A stretch of 48,823 bases of DNA from an uncultured bacterium (GTDB taxonomy: Bacteria > Zixibacteria > MSB-5A5 > JAABVY01 > JAHJOQ01): NCBI GenBank assembly GCA_965369655.1, contig CBDUQR010000020.1, positions 1-48,823 of the forward strand, written 5' to 3'. The translations under genes were made by a program, and so were the position numbers. Below are positions 17,707 to 27,433 of the stretch, piece after piece. Numbering within the stretch: position 1 is the first letter of the stretch; each line of letters starts with the position of its first letter. The notes under the pieces were generated by a model that was not told where the DNA came from, did no database searches, and was given only the letters and a program-made list of their open reading frames with translations.

Positions 17707-18170
17707 GTCCCTATGTCGAATTCCTCTCTGAGCGCTTTTTCCGCCTGGTCGATTTGAGAGACAGGAATCACGCAACTGATCGACGAGAGAGAAGTCGATA
17801 TAGACTCGATGTTGATACCGGCTTTCGATAGAACTTTGAAAAGACGTCCGCTTGAGCCGGGCTGACCGGAAATCATGTGCCAGGACAGAGCTAATATGGC
17901 GATATCAGATCTTGAGGAGATCGATTCAAACTGAAGCTTTTCCTTCATGCTGTTAAGAAGTTCGATAGCCGCCTCAACATCCTTTTCTCTCAGCGCGAAC
18001 GCGATGTCAGTCTTGTTGGCCTGGCCGGGACTGGAGACAACGAGCTCGATGTTGAGTCCATTGGTTCCAAGTGCGCCGAAGATGTCGGCTGCAATGCCAG
18101 GGCTGTCAGGCGCATTGTGTATAACGATCTCCGCAACATCGCATATGGTGGTCAAATGTATTTCGGACAT
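17703..18170 (-). CDS. Stand-alone tandem ACT-domain protein (aspartokinase regulatory/beta-subunit-like)
   Basis: PDSPGIAADIFGALG..GLNIELV; QPGSSGRLFKVLSKAGINIESISTS..SISCVI; AGGAG RBS. Confidence 0.85.
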   Translation of the reverse strand: MSEIHLTTICDVAEIVIHNAPDSPGIAADIFGALGTNGLNIELVVSSPGQANKTDIAFALREKDVEAAIELLNSMKEKLQFESISSRSDIAILALSWHMISGQPGSSGRLFKVLSKAGINIESISTSLSSISCVIPVSQIDQAEKALREEFDIGT

Positions 18171-18189
18171 AGCTTCTCCTTTCGGCGGT

Positions 18190-18259
18190 AGTCTATCAGC
18201 TTGGCAGTTCGATGTCAATCCCTTTTTGAATTGACACTGAAAAAGGCAATCGCTTAAAT
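18190..18259. promoter_or_regulatory. Back-to-back sigma70-type promoters
   Basis: Minus: TTGACA(18218-18213)-N17-TAGACT. Plus: TTGACA(18231-18236)-N17-TTAAAT, ending about 6 nt before ATG 18266, so possibly leaderless. Confidence 0.5.
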
Positions 18260-18265
18260 GTCCTT

Positions 18266-19987
18266 ATGAAACACACGGGTCTTATCCTGATATGGGCAAT
18301 TCTGTTCCTGTTTGTCTATTCCGGAGTTGCTGACTCGTCGCGCCCGGAGCCGGTAGTCGAGAAAATCGGGCAGGTAGTACATGTGACCGGCGACAGGGTC
18401 TACCTGTCACTTGGCAGACTCGATGGAATCACGCGCGAGTGGACCATCGCGAGAATCCAGGGAATCAATGACACCTGCCATGTTCAGATATCATGGATCG
18501 GGGAGGACCTGTGCCGGTTCGACCTCGATGCGAGGATGAGCGATTCGCTCACGGCAGGTGATACTGTCTGGCTGTCGAAGATGAGCGATCAATGGGACGA
18601 GCGAAAGGCGGTCTCGGTAAAATGGGCACTGACCGCGGCGCCAACACCGCTTGAACAGACTCCGATGACCCTGAAGGATTGGGATATTCGAGAGGCCGTG
18701 CTTCCTCACATCGGAGATTTCATCGACAGCATCGACCTGGATATTACGGGCAGCACAGTCTGGCACCTGAAGGAGTATCTGAGCACATCAGATTCGGGTC
18801 GAGAAGTCTCCGAAATCGTGTGTTCATCGCTGAAGTCGTTGTGTTCGGAGATGGGGCCGTTTGCACCTTTCGTTGAGCAGTTCGGCGAATCGGGAGACAG
18901 CCTGTCGTGCGCCGAAATTGCTCCATACACCGTGCGGACAAATCTACATCTCCATCACAGTCAAAGCCGATTGTGGCTCAATTCGCCCGGCTTCTGTTGT
19001 CAGTCGGAGGCATACGTCACCGGCAGGTGGGCTCCATACAGAATACTCAATTCGAGCAATCGGAATGTTGTCTTGAAGGCAAACGAATATCATTCGGACC
19101 ATCCAATTGTCGATACGGTGAGCCTGCTGGTATACGATTCCTACGAAGCGGCCAAACTCGCCTTCGAGTTGGGCGAGGTCGATATCGTAGACATCGCGCC
19201 GTTTGATGTTTTCAGATTCGAGGACAACTACGATGTCGTGAGTTCTCCGATGGCATCAACGGTCTTCCTGAGCGTCAACAATAGCAAACCGTATTTCTCG
19301 GACAATCTTTTCGCGACTGCACTGAACTATCTTGTGGACAAACGGTCGCTGTGCCGTGTGCCTCTCGATGGAATGGTTGAGCCGATTGATTTTCCGCCTG
19401 TTCTCGATGACCCGACTATCAGCACTCCATTCAGACACAATCCCGGGAAGGGGAGTAAGCTCCTCGATCAGATCGACGATCTTCCTCTGTTCATGTCTCT
19501 GCTTGTGAGCGATTCGCACGATCCCGCACTGTTGCGCATCGCCAACTATATTCAGGGACTTCTGCGGCGACACGGAATATCCCTGACTGTGTACACCGAT
19601 CCATTTACTGACGAGCAGGATGTCAGCAGTTCGTTTTTCGAGTCGTTTGATATGATGCTCGCTGTGCTTCATGGCCCATCCGGCACCGGCGAGGAACTTC
19701 TGTATCAGTCATGGTATCACGATGACTTCGCCGAAATCGAATCGAACCGATCATTGTTCAGATCAGCCTCGATGGATGAACTCTTCGCCGAGTCGTATCT
19801 GTCTGCGGGCAGTTCGGATGCTGACCGCGAGAGAGCAAAGCGTAAGATGATCTCAGAGCATCTGAACACGCCGTCCGGCGTCTGGTTGTATGCCCCGGTT
19901 CGGTACACTGCGATCTCATCGAAGATCATAAGCATTGAATTCCTTCCTTCCGGTATAGCGAAGTTCAGTACGATTTTCCTGGAATAA
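18266..19987 (+). CDS. Secreted protein with ABC family-5 (OppA/DppA-like) solute-binding C-terminal region and an N-terminal beta domain
   Basis: Signal peptide; PYRI...VVLKAN..Y, AFELGEVDI, FLSVNNSKPYFSD..ALNYLVDK, family-5-like motifs in degenerate form. Confidence 0.7.
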   Translation: MKHTGLILIWAILFLFVYSGVADSSRPEPVVEKIGQVVHVTGDRVYLSLGRLDGITREWTIARIQGINDTCHVQISWIGEDLCRFDLDARMSDSLTAGDTVWLSKMSDQWDERKAVSVKWALTAAPTPLEQTPMTLKDWDIREAVLPHIGDFIDSIDLDITGSTVWHLKEYLSTSDSGREVSEIVCSSLKSLCSEMGPFAPFVEQFGESGDSLSCAEIAPYTVRTNLHLHHSQSRLWLNSPGFCCQSEAYVTGRWAPYRILNSSNRNVVLKANEYHSDHPIVDTVSLLVYDSYEAAKLAFELGEVDIVDIAPFDVFRFEDNYDVVSSPMASTVFLSVNNSKPYFSDNLFATALNYLVDKRSLCRVPLDGMVEPIDFPPVLDDPTISTPFRHNPGKGSKLLDQIDDLPLFMSLLVSDSHDPALLRIANYIQGLLRRHGISLTVYTDPFTDEQDVSSSFFESFDMMLAVLHGPSGTGEELLYQSWYHDDFAEIESNRSLFRSASMDELFAESYLSAGSSDADRERAKRKMISEHLNTPSGVWLYAPVRYTAISSKIISIEFLPSGIAKFSTIFLE

Positions 19988-19988
19988 G

Positions 19989-21725
19989 ATGAAAATCAGA
20001 ACCCGGTACGCAGTCTACTCTCTCATCGCCTCGGCGATTCCGCTCGGTCTCGTGGTGGTAGTGCTTCTGGCGTTCTCGAAGCGTGAGTTGGACGGGATTG
20101 AAGCTCGGCAAATCGAGTCATCGATGCGGCAGGTTCAGAATCACATAGCTGCAATCGAGCAAGATGTTCTGTCCAAGCTCAGGATTGCCTCGCGGGATAT
20201 CGAGTGGACGAAGCTGCTCTTGAAGAAAGACTCCGACGGTGAGATAGATCAGCTTGCGCTTATCGAGAAGGCTACCGAGTACCGCGACATTCTTGGACTA
20301 AGCTATGTTGATATCATAAGCGGAGACTCTTCTTCTCGGCTTCTGGCGAGATCAGGTGATTACGCCAACTTCGGAATCAAAGTACTTCGGCCCGGCCTCG
20401 GCTCTGAAGTTCCCGACACGGGCGTGATCGGTATTTGGTTCATGGCAGTCGGAGCCGAGAGCGTGCCCTGTTTGCTCGCATCTGTACCATTGAAGCACGG
20501 GGGAGAAAGAATCGCCTGCATTCAGGGCGGAATCAACATCGAAGAACGTTATGTAGCGGAGTTGGCGAATATTGTGGGGGGAGGTGCGGTTTTCGCCATA
20601 GCCGGTCAGAGCTGGATTACATCCGGCGACCCCGATCTGACTCCGGAGAACATCTTCGATGGTCGTCTCCGGACAGTGACCGTTCATCCGAATTCTCTCA
20701 TCGACGAGGAGAAAGTGGCGCTGCATATTGTGTTTCCGGAGTCGGATGCCAGGCGACTTTTGGAGAGGAGTCTCTGGCTGTATTCGCTTGTTGCTCTCGC
20801 TGGCGTTCTTCTGTCAGGTGCAATCGGCTATTTCAGCGCAAGGAGACTCACCGTTCCGCTCAATGAGCTTGTCGATGCGGCGGAGAAAATCTCTGAGGGA
20901 CGGTTCGAGCGGAGGATCATCTGGTTTGCCAAAGATGAACTCGGGAAACTTGTTGACGGGTTCAACACGATGTTCGACAGGCTCAAGAGGTCACAGGAGA
21001 AGCTCGTGCAGTCCGAGAAAGTCGCAGCATGGAATCAGATGGCGCGCAAAGTCGCTCACGAGATCAGGAATCCGCTCACTCCTATCAGAATCTGCGCTGA
21101 GGATCTCAAGAGGAGCTACGATGCGAAAGACCCTGAGTTTGCGGACATCCTCAACGGCTCAGTCGAGACAATCAGCAGCGAGATAAGCAGACTTAACAGG
21201 ATAACGACCGAGTTTTCGCAATTCGCCAGGCTTCCATCCCCGGAGCTTAAACCGACTGATATTCGCCGGACGATTGGAGATGCTCTCAGGATTTACGGGG
21301 ACAAGATCAGGGAAAACAGACTGAAAGTGAAATTCCCACAGGAAGAGATCATTGTCGATCTCGATTCTGATCTTATCTCGCAGGTTTTCGTGAATCTCGT
21401 GAAGAACGGGTTCGAAGCTTCTGGTGATGATGGAATCGTGGAAGTCGGTCTGATTAAGGGCAAACTGATCGCAAAGATACATATCGATGACAACGGCCCC
21501 GGTGTCTCGGATGACGCTGTAGACAAGCTATTCACACCTCATTTCACGACCAAACGCGAAGGCTCAGGGCTGGGACTGGTTATCGCTTACAGGATCGCAT
21601 TCGATCATGGCGGCAGAATCAGATACGAAAAGAGAAAACCAAAAGGTGCTCGGTTCGTGGTAGTGCTGCCGTTGTCAGGTCGAAAGGGAGTCGCATCTGA
21701 TGAAGAAAAAGATTCTGATAGTTGA
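19989..21725 (+). CDS. Membrane sensor histidine kinase (HAMP-HisKA-HATPase; NtrY-like)
   Basis: Two TMs, HAMP (DELGKLVDGFN), WNQMARKVAHEIRNPLTPI, N, G1 and G2 boxes. Confidence 0.95.
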   Translation: MKIRTRYAVYSLIASAIPLGLVVVVLLAFSKRELDGIEARQIESSMRQVQNHIAAIEQDVLSKLRIASRDIEWTKLLLKKDSDGEIDQLALIEKATEYRDILGLSYVDIISGDSSSRLLARSGDYANFGIKVLRPGLGSEVPDTGVIGIWFMAVGAESVPCLLASVPLKHGGERIACIQGGINIEERYVAELANIVGGGAVFAIAGQSWITSGDPDLTPENIFDGRLRTVTVHPNSLIDEEKVALHIVFPESDARRLLERSLWLYSLVALAGVLLSGAIGYFSARRLTVPLNELVDAAEKISEGRFERRIIWFAKDELGKLVDGFNTMFDRLKRSQEKLVQSEKVAAWNQMARKVAHEIRNPLTPIRICAEDLKRSYDAKDPEFADILNGSVETISSEISRLNRITTEFSQFARLPSPELKPTDIRRTIGDALRIYGDKIRENRLKVKFPQEEIIVDLDSDLISQVFVNLVKNGFEASGDDGIVEVGLIKGKLIAKIHIDDNGPGVSDDAVDKLFTPHFTTKREGSGLGLVIAYRIAFDHGGRIRYEKRKPKGARFVVVLPLSGRKGVASDEEKDSDS

Positions 21726-23043
21726 CGACGAGCCGAATATCCTGAAGGCTCTCACCGGACCGCTGACACGGGAGGGGTACGACGTCGAGACCGCCGAATC
21801 GTACGCGGATGCGGTCGGGATCAATGACGGCGATTTCGCCGTGGCTCTGCTCGATGTCTGTCTGCCCGATGGCGATGGAGTCGCGCTGCTTGGACAATTC
21901 GCCCGCGAGTTCCCGGACCAGGTTCACGTCATGATGTCGGGGCATTCGACAATCGGCACTGCTGTCAAAGCTGTGAAACTCGGTGCGTTTGATTTTCTGG
22001 AGAAGCCGCTGTCGCTCGAAAAAGTTCTCGTGACACTTGAGAATGCGCTTCGGTTTGGTCGATTACGCGAGGAGAACAAACGGCTCAAGCGTGACGCAGG
22101 AGAACGGCATGTGCTGATCGGTGAGAGCGAGGCGACGCAATCTATCCGCGAGCAAATTGAAAAGGCGGCGGAATCGAACGCTCGTATATTTATCAGGGGC
22201 GAGAGCGGCACCGGCAAGGAAGTCGTCGCCAGATTGATTCACGCATCGAGTGAAAGGAGCGCGAAACCGTTTATTCCGGTGAACTGCGCGGCGGTTCCGG
22301 GCGAGTTGATCGAGTCAGAACTGTTCGGCCACAGGAAAGGTGCGTTTACGGGCGCGACGAGTTCCCGAATGGGGAGATTCGAAGAGGCTGACAGCGGTAC
22401 GCTTTTCCTCGATGAGATCGGAGACATGCACCTGCGCGCTCAGGCAAAGCTGCTCAGGGCGATCGAAGAGGGCGAGATCGAACGTGTGGGCGGTGGCAGG
22501 ATCGAGGTCGATGTCAGAATCATTGCCGCCACAAACAAGAATCTGGAGAAGATGATTTCCGATGAGAAGTTCCGCGAAGACTTGTTTTTCAGGATCAATG
22601 TATATCCGATTGAGATTCCTCCACTCAGGAGCAGAAGGGATGACATCGAGCCAATCGCAAAGCATTTCATCGAGAGAATCTGCAACGAGTATGGGAAGAA
22701 GCTGGTGAAGCTCAGGAAAGATGCCGCTCGCGCACTTCTAAAGCTCGATTTCCCCGGCAATGTCAGGGAGTTGCGGAACCTGATCGAGCGAACTCTGATC
22801 AACAACAGCTTCACCGACATAGACTCCGCGTCATTTTCTCAGGCGCATGATTTTACAATCCAGATCAGAGACACCACAAAGAAGCTGAGAGAAGCTACCG
22901 ATGATTTCGAGCGAAGTTACGTTGTCCGCGTAATAAAAGACGCTGGTGGCAACATGACCGAGGCTGCCGCAAAGCTTGGGCTCGAGAGGAGCCATCTGTA
23001 CAAGAAGATGAAGGCGCTCGGGATCGACAAGCAGGCGGGCTGA
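21700..23043 (+). CDS. Sigma54-dependent response regulator (REC-AAA+-HTH; NtrX/NtrC-like)
   Basis: [45 protein letters not shown]-terminal Fis-type HTH. Confidence 0.96.
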   Translation: MKKKILIVDDEPNILKALTGPLTREGYDVETAESYADAVGINDGDFAVALLDVCLPDGDGVALLGQFAREFPDQVHVMMSGHSTIGTAVKAVKLGAFDFLEKPLSLEKVLVTLENALRFGRLREENKRLKRDAGERHVLIGESEATQSIREQIEKAAESNARIFIRGESGTGKEVVARLIHASSERSAKPFIPVNCAAVPGELIESELFGHRKGAFTGATSSRMGRFEEADSGTLFLDEIGDMHLRAQAKLLRAIEEGEIERVGGGRIEVDVRIIAATNKNLEKMISDEKFREDLFFRINVYPIEIPPLRSRRDDIEPIAKHFIERICNEYGKKLVKLRKDAARALLKLDFPGNVRELRNLIERTLINNSFTDIDSASFSQAHDFTIQIRDTTKKLREATDDFERSYVVRVIKDAGGNMTEAAAKLGLERSHLYKKMKALGIDKQAG

Positions 23044-23879
23044 TGGGATCACTGCGCGAAGAGGATGCACAGGTCGAATCCGGCAGCATTGAGGTTAGCA
23101 GTTATGTCATAAGTCCGGGCAGTGCGACGCTGCTGGTCGTCGCCGTGTTGTTCCTGATGCTCATCACCGGATCGATATTCCCCAGGCTGATCCTGAGCAG
23201 ACTCGCGTCGCTAGCGACAGAGATAATTGCATTTGTCCTGCCGGCAGTGCTAGTGGTGCAATGTTCCCGGCTGCGCTGGTCCGACATATTTGGTGTCGGT
23301 GGTTGGCTTACCCCTTCGATCGGGATAATGCTCCCTCTACTCGGCGCATCGTTCGCTGTCTCGACATCGATATTCGTTGAAATCGCTCACGGTATCTGGC
23401 CGTTGCCGGAGGGCCTGACAGAGATTCTGATTGATTTGATGCTCGCAGATTCGGTCCCGGAATTCGTGTTGGTTGTTCTGCTTGTGGCGGCGGTTCCCGC
23501 TATTGCGGAGGAAATTGTATTTCGGGGCATCGTCCAGAAATCCCTCATTGCGCGATACGGTCCGATCTCAGGGATCGGTTTGACAGCCCTGATATTTGCT
23601 GCGATGCATCTCAACCCCTGGTCGTTCGTTCCGCTTCTCATCGCCGGAGCTTTCTTTGGATATGCTGCATACAGGACCGGAACGCTCTGGGCGAGTTCAC
23701 TGGCGCATTTCGGGAATAACCTGATTGCGATAATTGCACTGAACTCGGCCGATTCCGTATCGTATACTGATTTGACCGAGGCCATGCCATGGTATGTATC
23801 TTTACTCGGACTGATGGCAGCGATTTCTGGACTGGTCTTGTTTGAAGCATTGTGTAGACGAGGGGTCAACGGCCGATAA
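23043..23879 (+). CDS. CPBP (CAAX/Abi) family intramembrane metalloprotease
   Basis: AEEIVFRG, FAAMH, HFGNN; TGATG overlap with the upstream gene. Confidence 0.92.
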   Translation: MGSLREEDAQVESGSIEVSSYVISPGSATLLVVAVLFLMLITGSIFPRLILSRLASLATEIIAFVLPAVLVVQCSRLRWSDIFGVGGWLTPSIGIMLPLLGASFAVSTSIFVEIAHGIWPLPEGLTEILIDLMLADSVPEFVLVVLLVAAVPAIAEEIVFRGIVQKSLIARYGPISGIGLTALIFAAMHLNPWSFVPLLIAGAFFGYAAYRTGTLWASSLAHFGNNLIAIIALNSADSVSYTDLTEAMPWYVSLLGLMAAISGLVLFEALCRRGVNGR

Positions 23880-23908
23880 GGTCAGGAGTAGAGAAGAGAG
23901 AGTTTAAT

Positions 23909-25648
23909 ATGGCATTTGACAACAGTGTAATAGAGAGCCTGAGGCTGTTCGCTCAGACAGCCAGGATAATGAACAGCACTCTGAACAAGGGCGAACTGAT
24001 TGATATCATGCTCGATGAGGCCGGGAAACTTCTCGATAGTTCTCTCATTGCGTTGGTGGTTCGTACGGATGAGTCGGATTCATGCGACGCATATCTGGCG
24101 CTGGATAAGAAGAGACGGCATCTTTTCGTGCCGGACAGTATGGTGCTGTCAGAGACTCGGTCGTCAGATCAATTCGTGGTAAGGGAGATTGCCCCGGATG
24201 ATCCATGGCGCGAGATACTGTCGGATCAACTCGGCGCGGACGTGACATCGAGGTTGCGCGTGGACCTGGTAAACAGGGGCAGTCTGATGGGTTTCCTCGA
24301 CATGTATGATTGCGGGCGTGCCGCCAACGATCTGGAATATTCTGCGGAGATGGTCAGCGCAATGGCCGATCTCTTTGTGATAGCGTGGGACAACGCCGAG
24401 ATGTACGATGCGATGAGAAGGAAATCGCTCCAGAATGATCTGCTTCTCGAATCTTCGCGACTGCTCTCCACGTCGCTTGAGTTGGATGAAGTGCTTGGCG
24501 ATATGATGATTGCCCTCAAGAATGTCATCGATTATGACGCAGTCGGGATATACCTGGTCAGGCGGGGAACGAGCCTGGTAACTCCGCGAGTCTGGCAGGG
24601 TTATCCTGAGGAGGACAGCCGAACCAGACTCGGTCTGAAAGTAGGAGAGGGGCTGGTCGGATGGGTGATCGAGAAGGGAGAGGGTGTCTATGTGCCTGAT
24701 ACCGACGCCGATGAACGATATGTCGAGGTGAGACCCGAGACGAGGTCCGAGTTAGTAGTGCCGATAATGGCCGATGACATGATCATCGGCGCATTCAATG
24801 TCGAGTCTGACGCTGTTGATGCCTACTCGAGGAACGATGTAGAGTTCCTGACCGTTTTCGCGTCTCAGGCTGCGGCGTCAATTGAGCGTGCGAGGCTGTA
24901 TCGCGAGACGCTTGTCAGCAGACGGCTCGAAGAGCAGCTCAGCATCGCCCGAATGATCCAGCGATCATTCCTGCCGGATATGAATCCACCGCTCAAGGGT
25001 TTCGAGATCGCCGGTATGAATATCCCATCGCAGGAAGTCGGCGGCGACTACTACGATTTCATCGATATTGTCAAGAACCAGACCGGAATCGCAATAGCTG
25101 ATGTTTCAGGAAAGGGCATGCCGGCATCGCTGATCATGGCGGCGTACAGAGCTTCGCTGATAGCAGAGATCAGGAACAACTATGCCATTCGCACGATTCT
25201 CCAGAAAGTCAATAGGCTGCTGTGCGAGAGTCTCGACAATGGGAGATTCGTCACTGCGGTCTACGGCGTTCTCGATTCGAAGAATCGCATATTCACATTC
25301 TCGAATGCCGGGCACAACCCTCCGCTGCATGTGCGAGCCGATGGATCATACGAGGAACTCGTCGAGGGTGGGCTTGCGCTCGGAATAATCGACGGCAGCG
25401 TATACGAAGAGCGACCGATATATGTCGCAAAGGGAGATCTGATAGCTTTCTACACCGACGGCGTCAACGAGGCTGTCGATTCAGCAGGCGAACAGTTCGG
25501 CGAGCAGAGAATCCTTGATTTGCTGACCGAGAACAGGCATCGTCCGGCGGGTGAAATCGTTCAGCTTCTTGTCGATTCGGTCATGGCCTTTGCGGCGGAT
25601 GACTCGGACCCTGATGATATCACGGTAATTGTGGTGAGGGCGTTGTAG
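23909..25648 (+). CDS. GAF-domain PP2C/SpoIIE (RsbU-like) serine phosphatase
   Basis: GAF region, VGGDYYD, IADVSGKG, NAGHNPP, YTDGVNEA, DDITV. Confidence 0.93.
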   Translation: MAFDNSVIESLRLFAQTARIMNSTLNKGELIDIMLDEAGKLLDSSLIALVVRTDESDSCDAYLALDKKRRHLFVPDSMVLSETRSSDQFVVREIAPDDPWREILSDQLGADVTSRLRVDLVNRGSLMGFLDMYDCGRAANDLEYSAEMVSAMADLFVIAWDNAEMYDAMRRKSLQNDLLLESSRLLSTSLELDEVLGDMMIALKNVIDYDAVGIYLVRRGTSLVTPRVWQGYPEEDSRTRLGLKVGEGLVGWVIEKGEGVYVPDTDADERYVEVRPETRSELVVPIMADDMIIGAFNVESDAVDAYSRNDVEFLTVFASQAAASIERARLYRETLVSRRLEEQLSIARMIQRSFLPDMNPPLKGFEIAGMNIPSQEVGGDYYDFIDIVKNQTGIAIADVSGKGMPASLIMAAYRASLIAEIRNNYAIRTILQKVNRLLCESLDNGRFVTAVYGVLDSKNRIFTFSNAGHNPPLHVRADGSYEELVEGGLALGIIDGSVYEERPIYVAKGDLIAFYTDGVNEAVDSAGEQFGEQRILDLLTENRHRPAGEIVQLLVDSVMAFAADDSDPDDITVIVVRAL

Positions 25649-25731
25649 TTCTGACTCGGTTCAAGCAAATCGGGAGAGGCTGTCTCAAGAGACCCGAAAA
25701 GCTGGTGATCATGCTTGCGGAAGAAAGCATA

Positions 25732-25828
25732 GTCATTCCCGCGAAGGCGGGAATCTATTGAATGCGTTATCGTTAAATAGGCTCCCGTGATATCCTGAGC
25801 AAAGCGAAGGGCCTCCGCGGGAGCGACA
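25732..25828. repeat. Double-hairpin dRS3/CGTC-REP-like repeat, copy 2, with a 24-bp insert (25788-25811)
   Basis: Collinear with 5647-5718 except for the inserted tgatatcctgagcaaagcgaaggg. Confidence 0.8.
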
Positions 25829-25911
25829 GAGTCAGCTTACTGCTTGAGCTAATCAGCACTTATGGAACAATCTCGGGACTCTGGCCGAAGATTGAAAAGA
25901 GCGAATCGATG

Positions 25912-25940
25912 TTGACAAATCAGCAAACCTCTGATAAGTT
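25912..25940 (+). promoter_or_regulatory. Sigma70-type promoter
   Basis: TTGACA-N17-TAAGTT with TG extended -10. Confidence 0.45.
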
Positions 25941-25996
25941 GGCGTGTAATATGTTAGAGACCGTATGCATATCGAAGTATTAATCAGGAGTATAGT

Positions 25997-27169
25997 ATGC
26001 TGAAGAAGCACTGGGCCAGGCTATTCGTGATGGCCTCATTTGTATTGATGGTGATCATTCTCTCATGCGGCGATGATTCTTTCACTCCAACCGAATCCAA
26101 CTTAAACGGAACACTGACTGTGACCCACATCTCGCCGGAAGAGGCTCCGGTAATAGGTGACAATGACCTCGGATTCGATTTCGCATGGTCGAAAGCCGAA
26201 ACGCTGTTTGTTGTCGTTGAGGGACCGCAGAGTCAGTTGCAGGTAGTTCGGCTTCTGGGGCTGACCGATGGAGAATACTTCTATCTGATGGCTGTCTGGA
26301 GTGATCCGACGAAAGATGTCAAACCAGACCATGTCTTATGGATCGACAAGGGTGGGGTCCATGCTCGCACCGGCGGTCAGGATTTCTTTTACGCAATATT
26401 CGATGATGGAGACAACGGAGAGGTCGGTGCGGACTGCTACCAGATGTGTCATAGTTTCATCCTCGATACCATAACGGATGGTGGGCCTGACACAACCTAT
26501 ACTTATGTTGACTCAATGCGGAACACCGGTCCGGGAATGGCAGACGCATGGATTTGGATGTCGGGGCAGACCGATCCTGTTGGCAGCAAGTGGGGGGCGC
26601 CGGGCACACTGGTGGATCTTCATTTCCCGCCCGGTGGACTTCCGACCTGGGATGTTACAGTGAATAGAACGCCGCCGATTTGGGATTTCAACGCGGGTGT
26701 GCAGGATACTACACTCCCCTATTGGATGCATCCCGACAGCAATTTCTATTTCGGGGATTTCCTGTTTGACTCAGAGAAAGAACTCTTTAGTCTCGGGGTA
26801 ACCTACCCCGACTCGGTTTTCGATACGATCTGGGAACAGGATACCCTGATTGTAAGAATAGATACGACTGTGACTACCGGTTTCGGATTCCAGAAAGGCG
26901 CGGAAGTGCCCGGATACGTACTTGCGGATGAGGTAGTGTATAATAAGGACGACAGCAGGTTCGAGGTGGTTGCGAAGGGTACATACAGCGCAATCGAGCG
27001 TCGCTGGTATCTCGAAATGAAGCGCAAACTCGATACCGGATTCGATGATGACATTCCGTTCTTGCTTGGCGAAAGGATTCAGGTTTCGATAGGTGTCACC
27101 AACAGCCCGGTCGCAAACAGACCGATTCCTCACTACGGACGAGAAGAAGCATTCTACATACAATTTTAG
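25997..27169 (+). CDS. Lipoprotein with ethylbenzene dehydrogenase gamma (EB_dh/DOMON-like) domain and CX3CH heme-type motif
   Basis: Lipobox ILSC; YFYLMAVWSDPT, DCYQMCH, ADAWIW, WYLEMKRKLDTG..DD. Confidence 0.75.
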   Translation: MLKKHWARLFVMASFVLMVIILSCGDDSFTPTESNLNGTLTVTHISPEEAPVIGDNDLGFDFAWSKAETLFVVVEGPQSQLQVVRLLGLTDGEYFYLMAVWSDPTKDVKPDHVLWIDKGGVHARTGGQDFFYAIFDDGDNGEVGADCYQMCHSFILDTITDGGPDTTYTYVDSMRNTGPGMADAWIWMSGQTDPVGSKWGAPGTLVDLHFPPGGLPTWDVTVNRTPPIWDFNAGVQDTTLPYWMHPDSNFYFGDFLFDSEKELFSLGVTYPDSVFDTIWEQDTLIVRIDTTVTTGFGFQKGAEVPGYVLADEVVYNKDDSRFEVVAKGTYSAIERRWYLEMKRKLDTGFDDDIPFLLGERIQVSIGVTNSPVANRPIPHYGREEAFYIQF

Positions 27170-27188
27170 AATTGTCTTGCTGACATTG

Positions 27189-27219
27189 AAGCCACCCTGC
27201 CGTTGAGGGTGGCTTTTTT
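27189..27219 (+). terminator. Rho-independent terminator
   Basis: aagccaccct-loop-agggtggctt followed by a T run. Confidence 0.85.
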
Positions 27220-27232
27220 GCTGATCAATCGA

Positions 27233-27271
27233 GTAGGGCAGTGACCCGGAGCGCAGTGGAGTGGTCCTGCC
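27233..27271. repeat. GTAG-type REP-like element (same family as 1260 and 31640)
   Basis: gtagggcagtgaccc-ggagcgcagtggagt-ggtcctgcc. Confidence 0.6.
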
Positions 27272-27433
27272 ATCCTGTTCAAACCAGGTGACGGCACCCG
27301 ACTCCTGCATCCAATTTGGACAATTGCCCGGATCATCAACTATAAACTCGATCAACTCCGAATTCACCTTGAATCGAAGAGACAATTGTGTTAATTATGT
27401 CCAATACAATATTCCACCTTGCAAGGAGGACGC

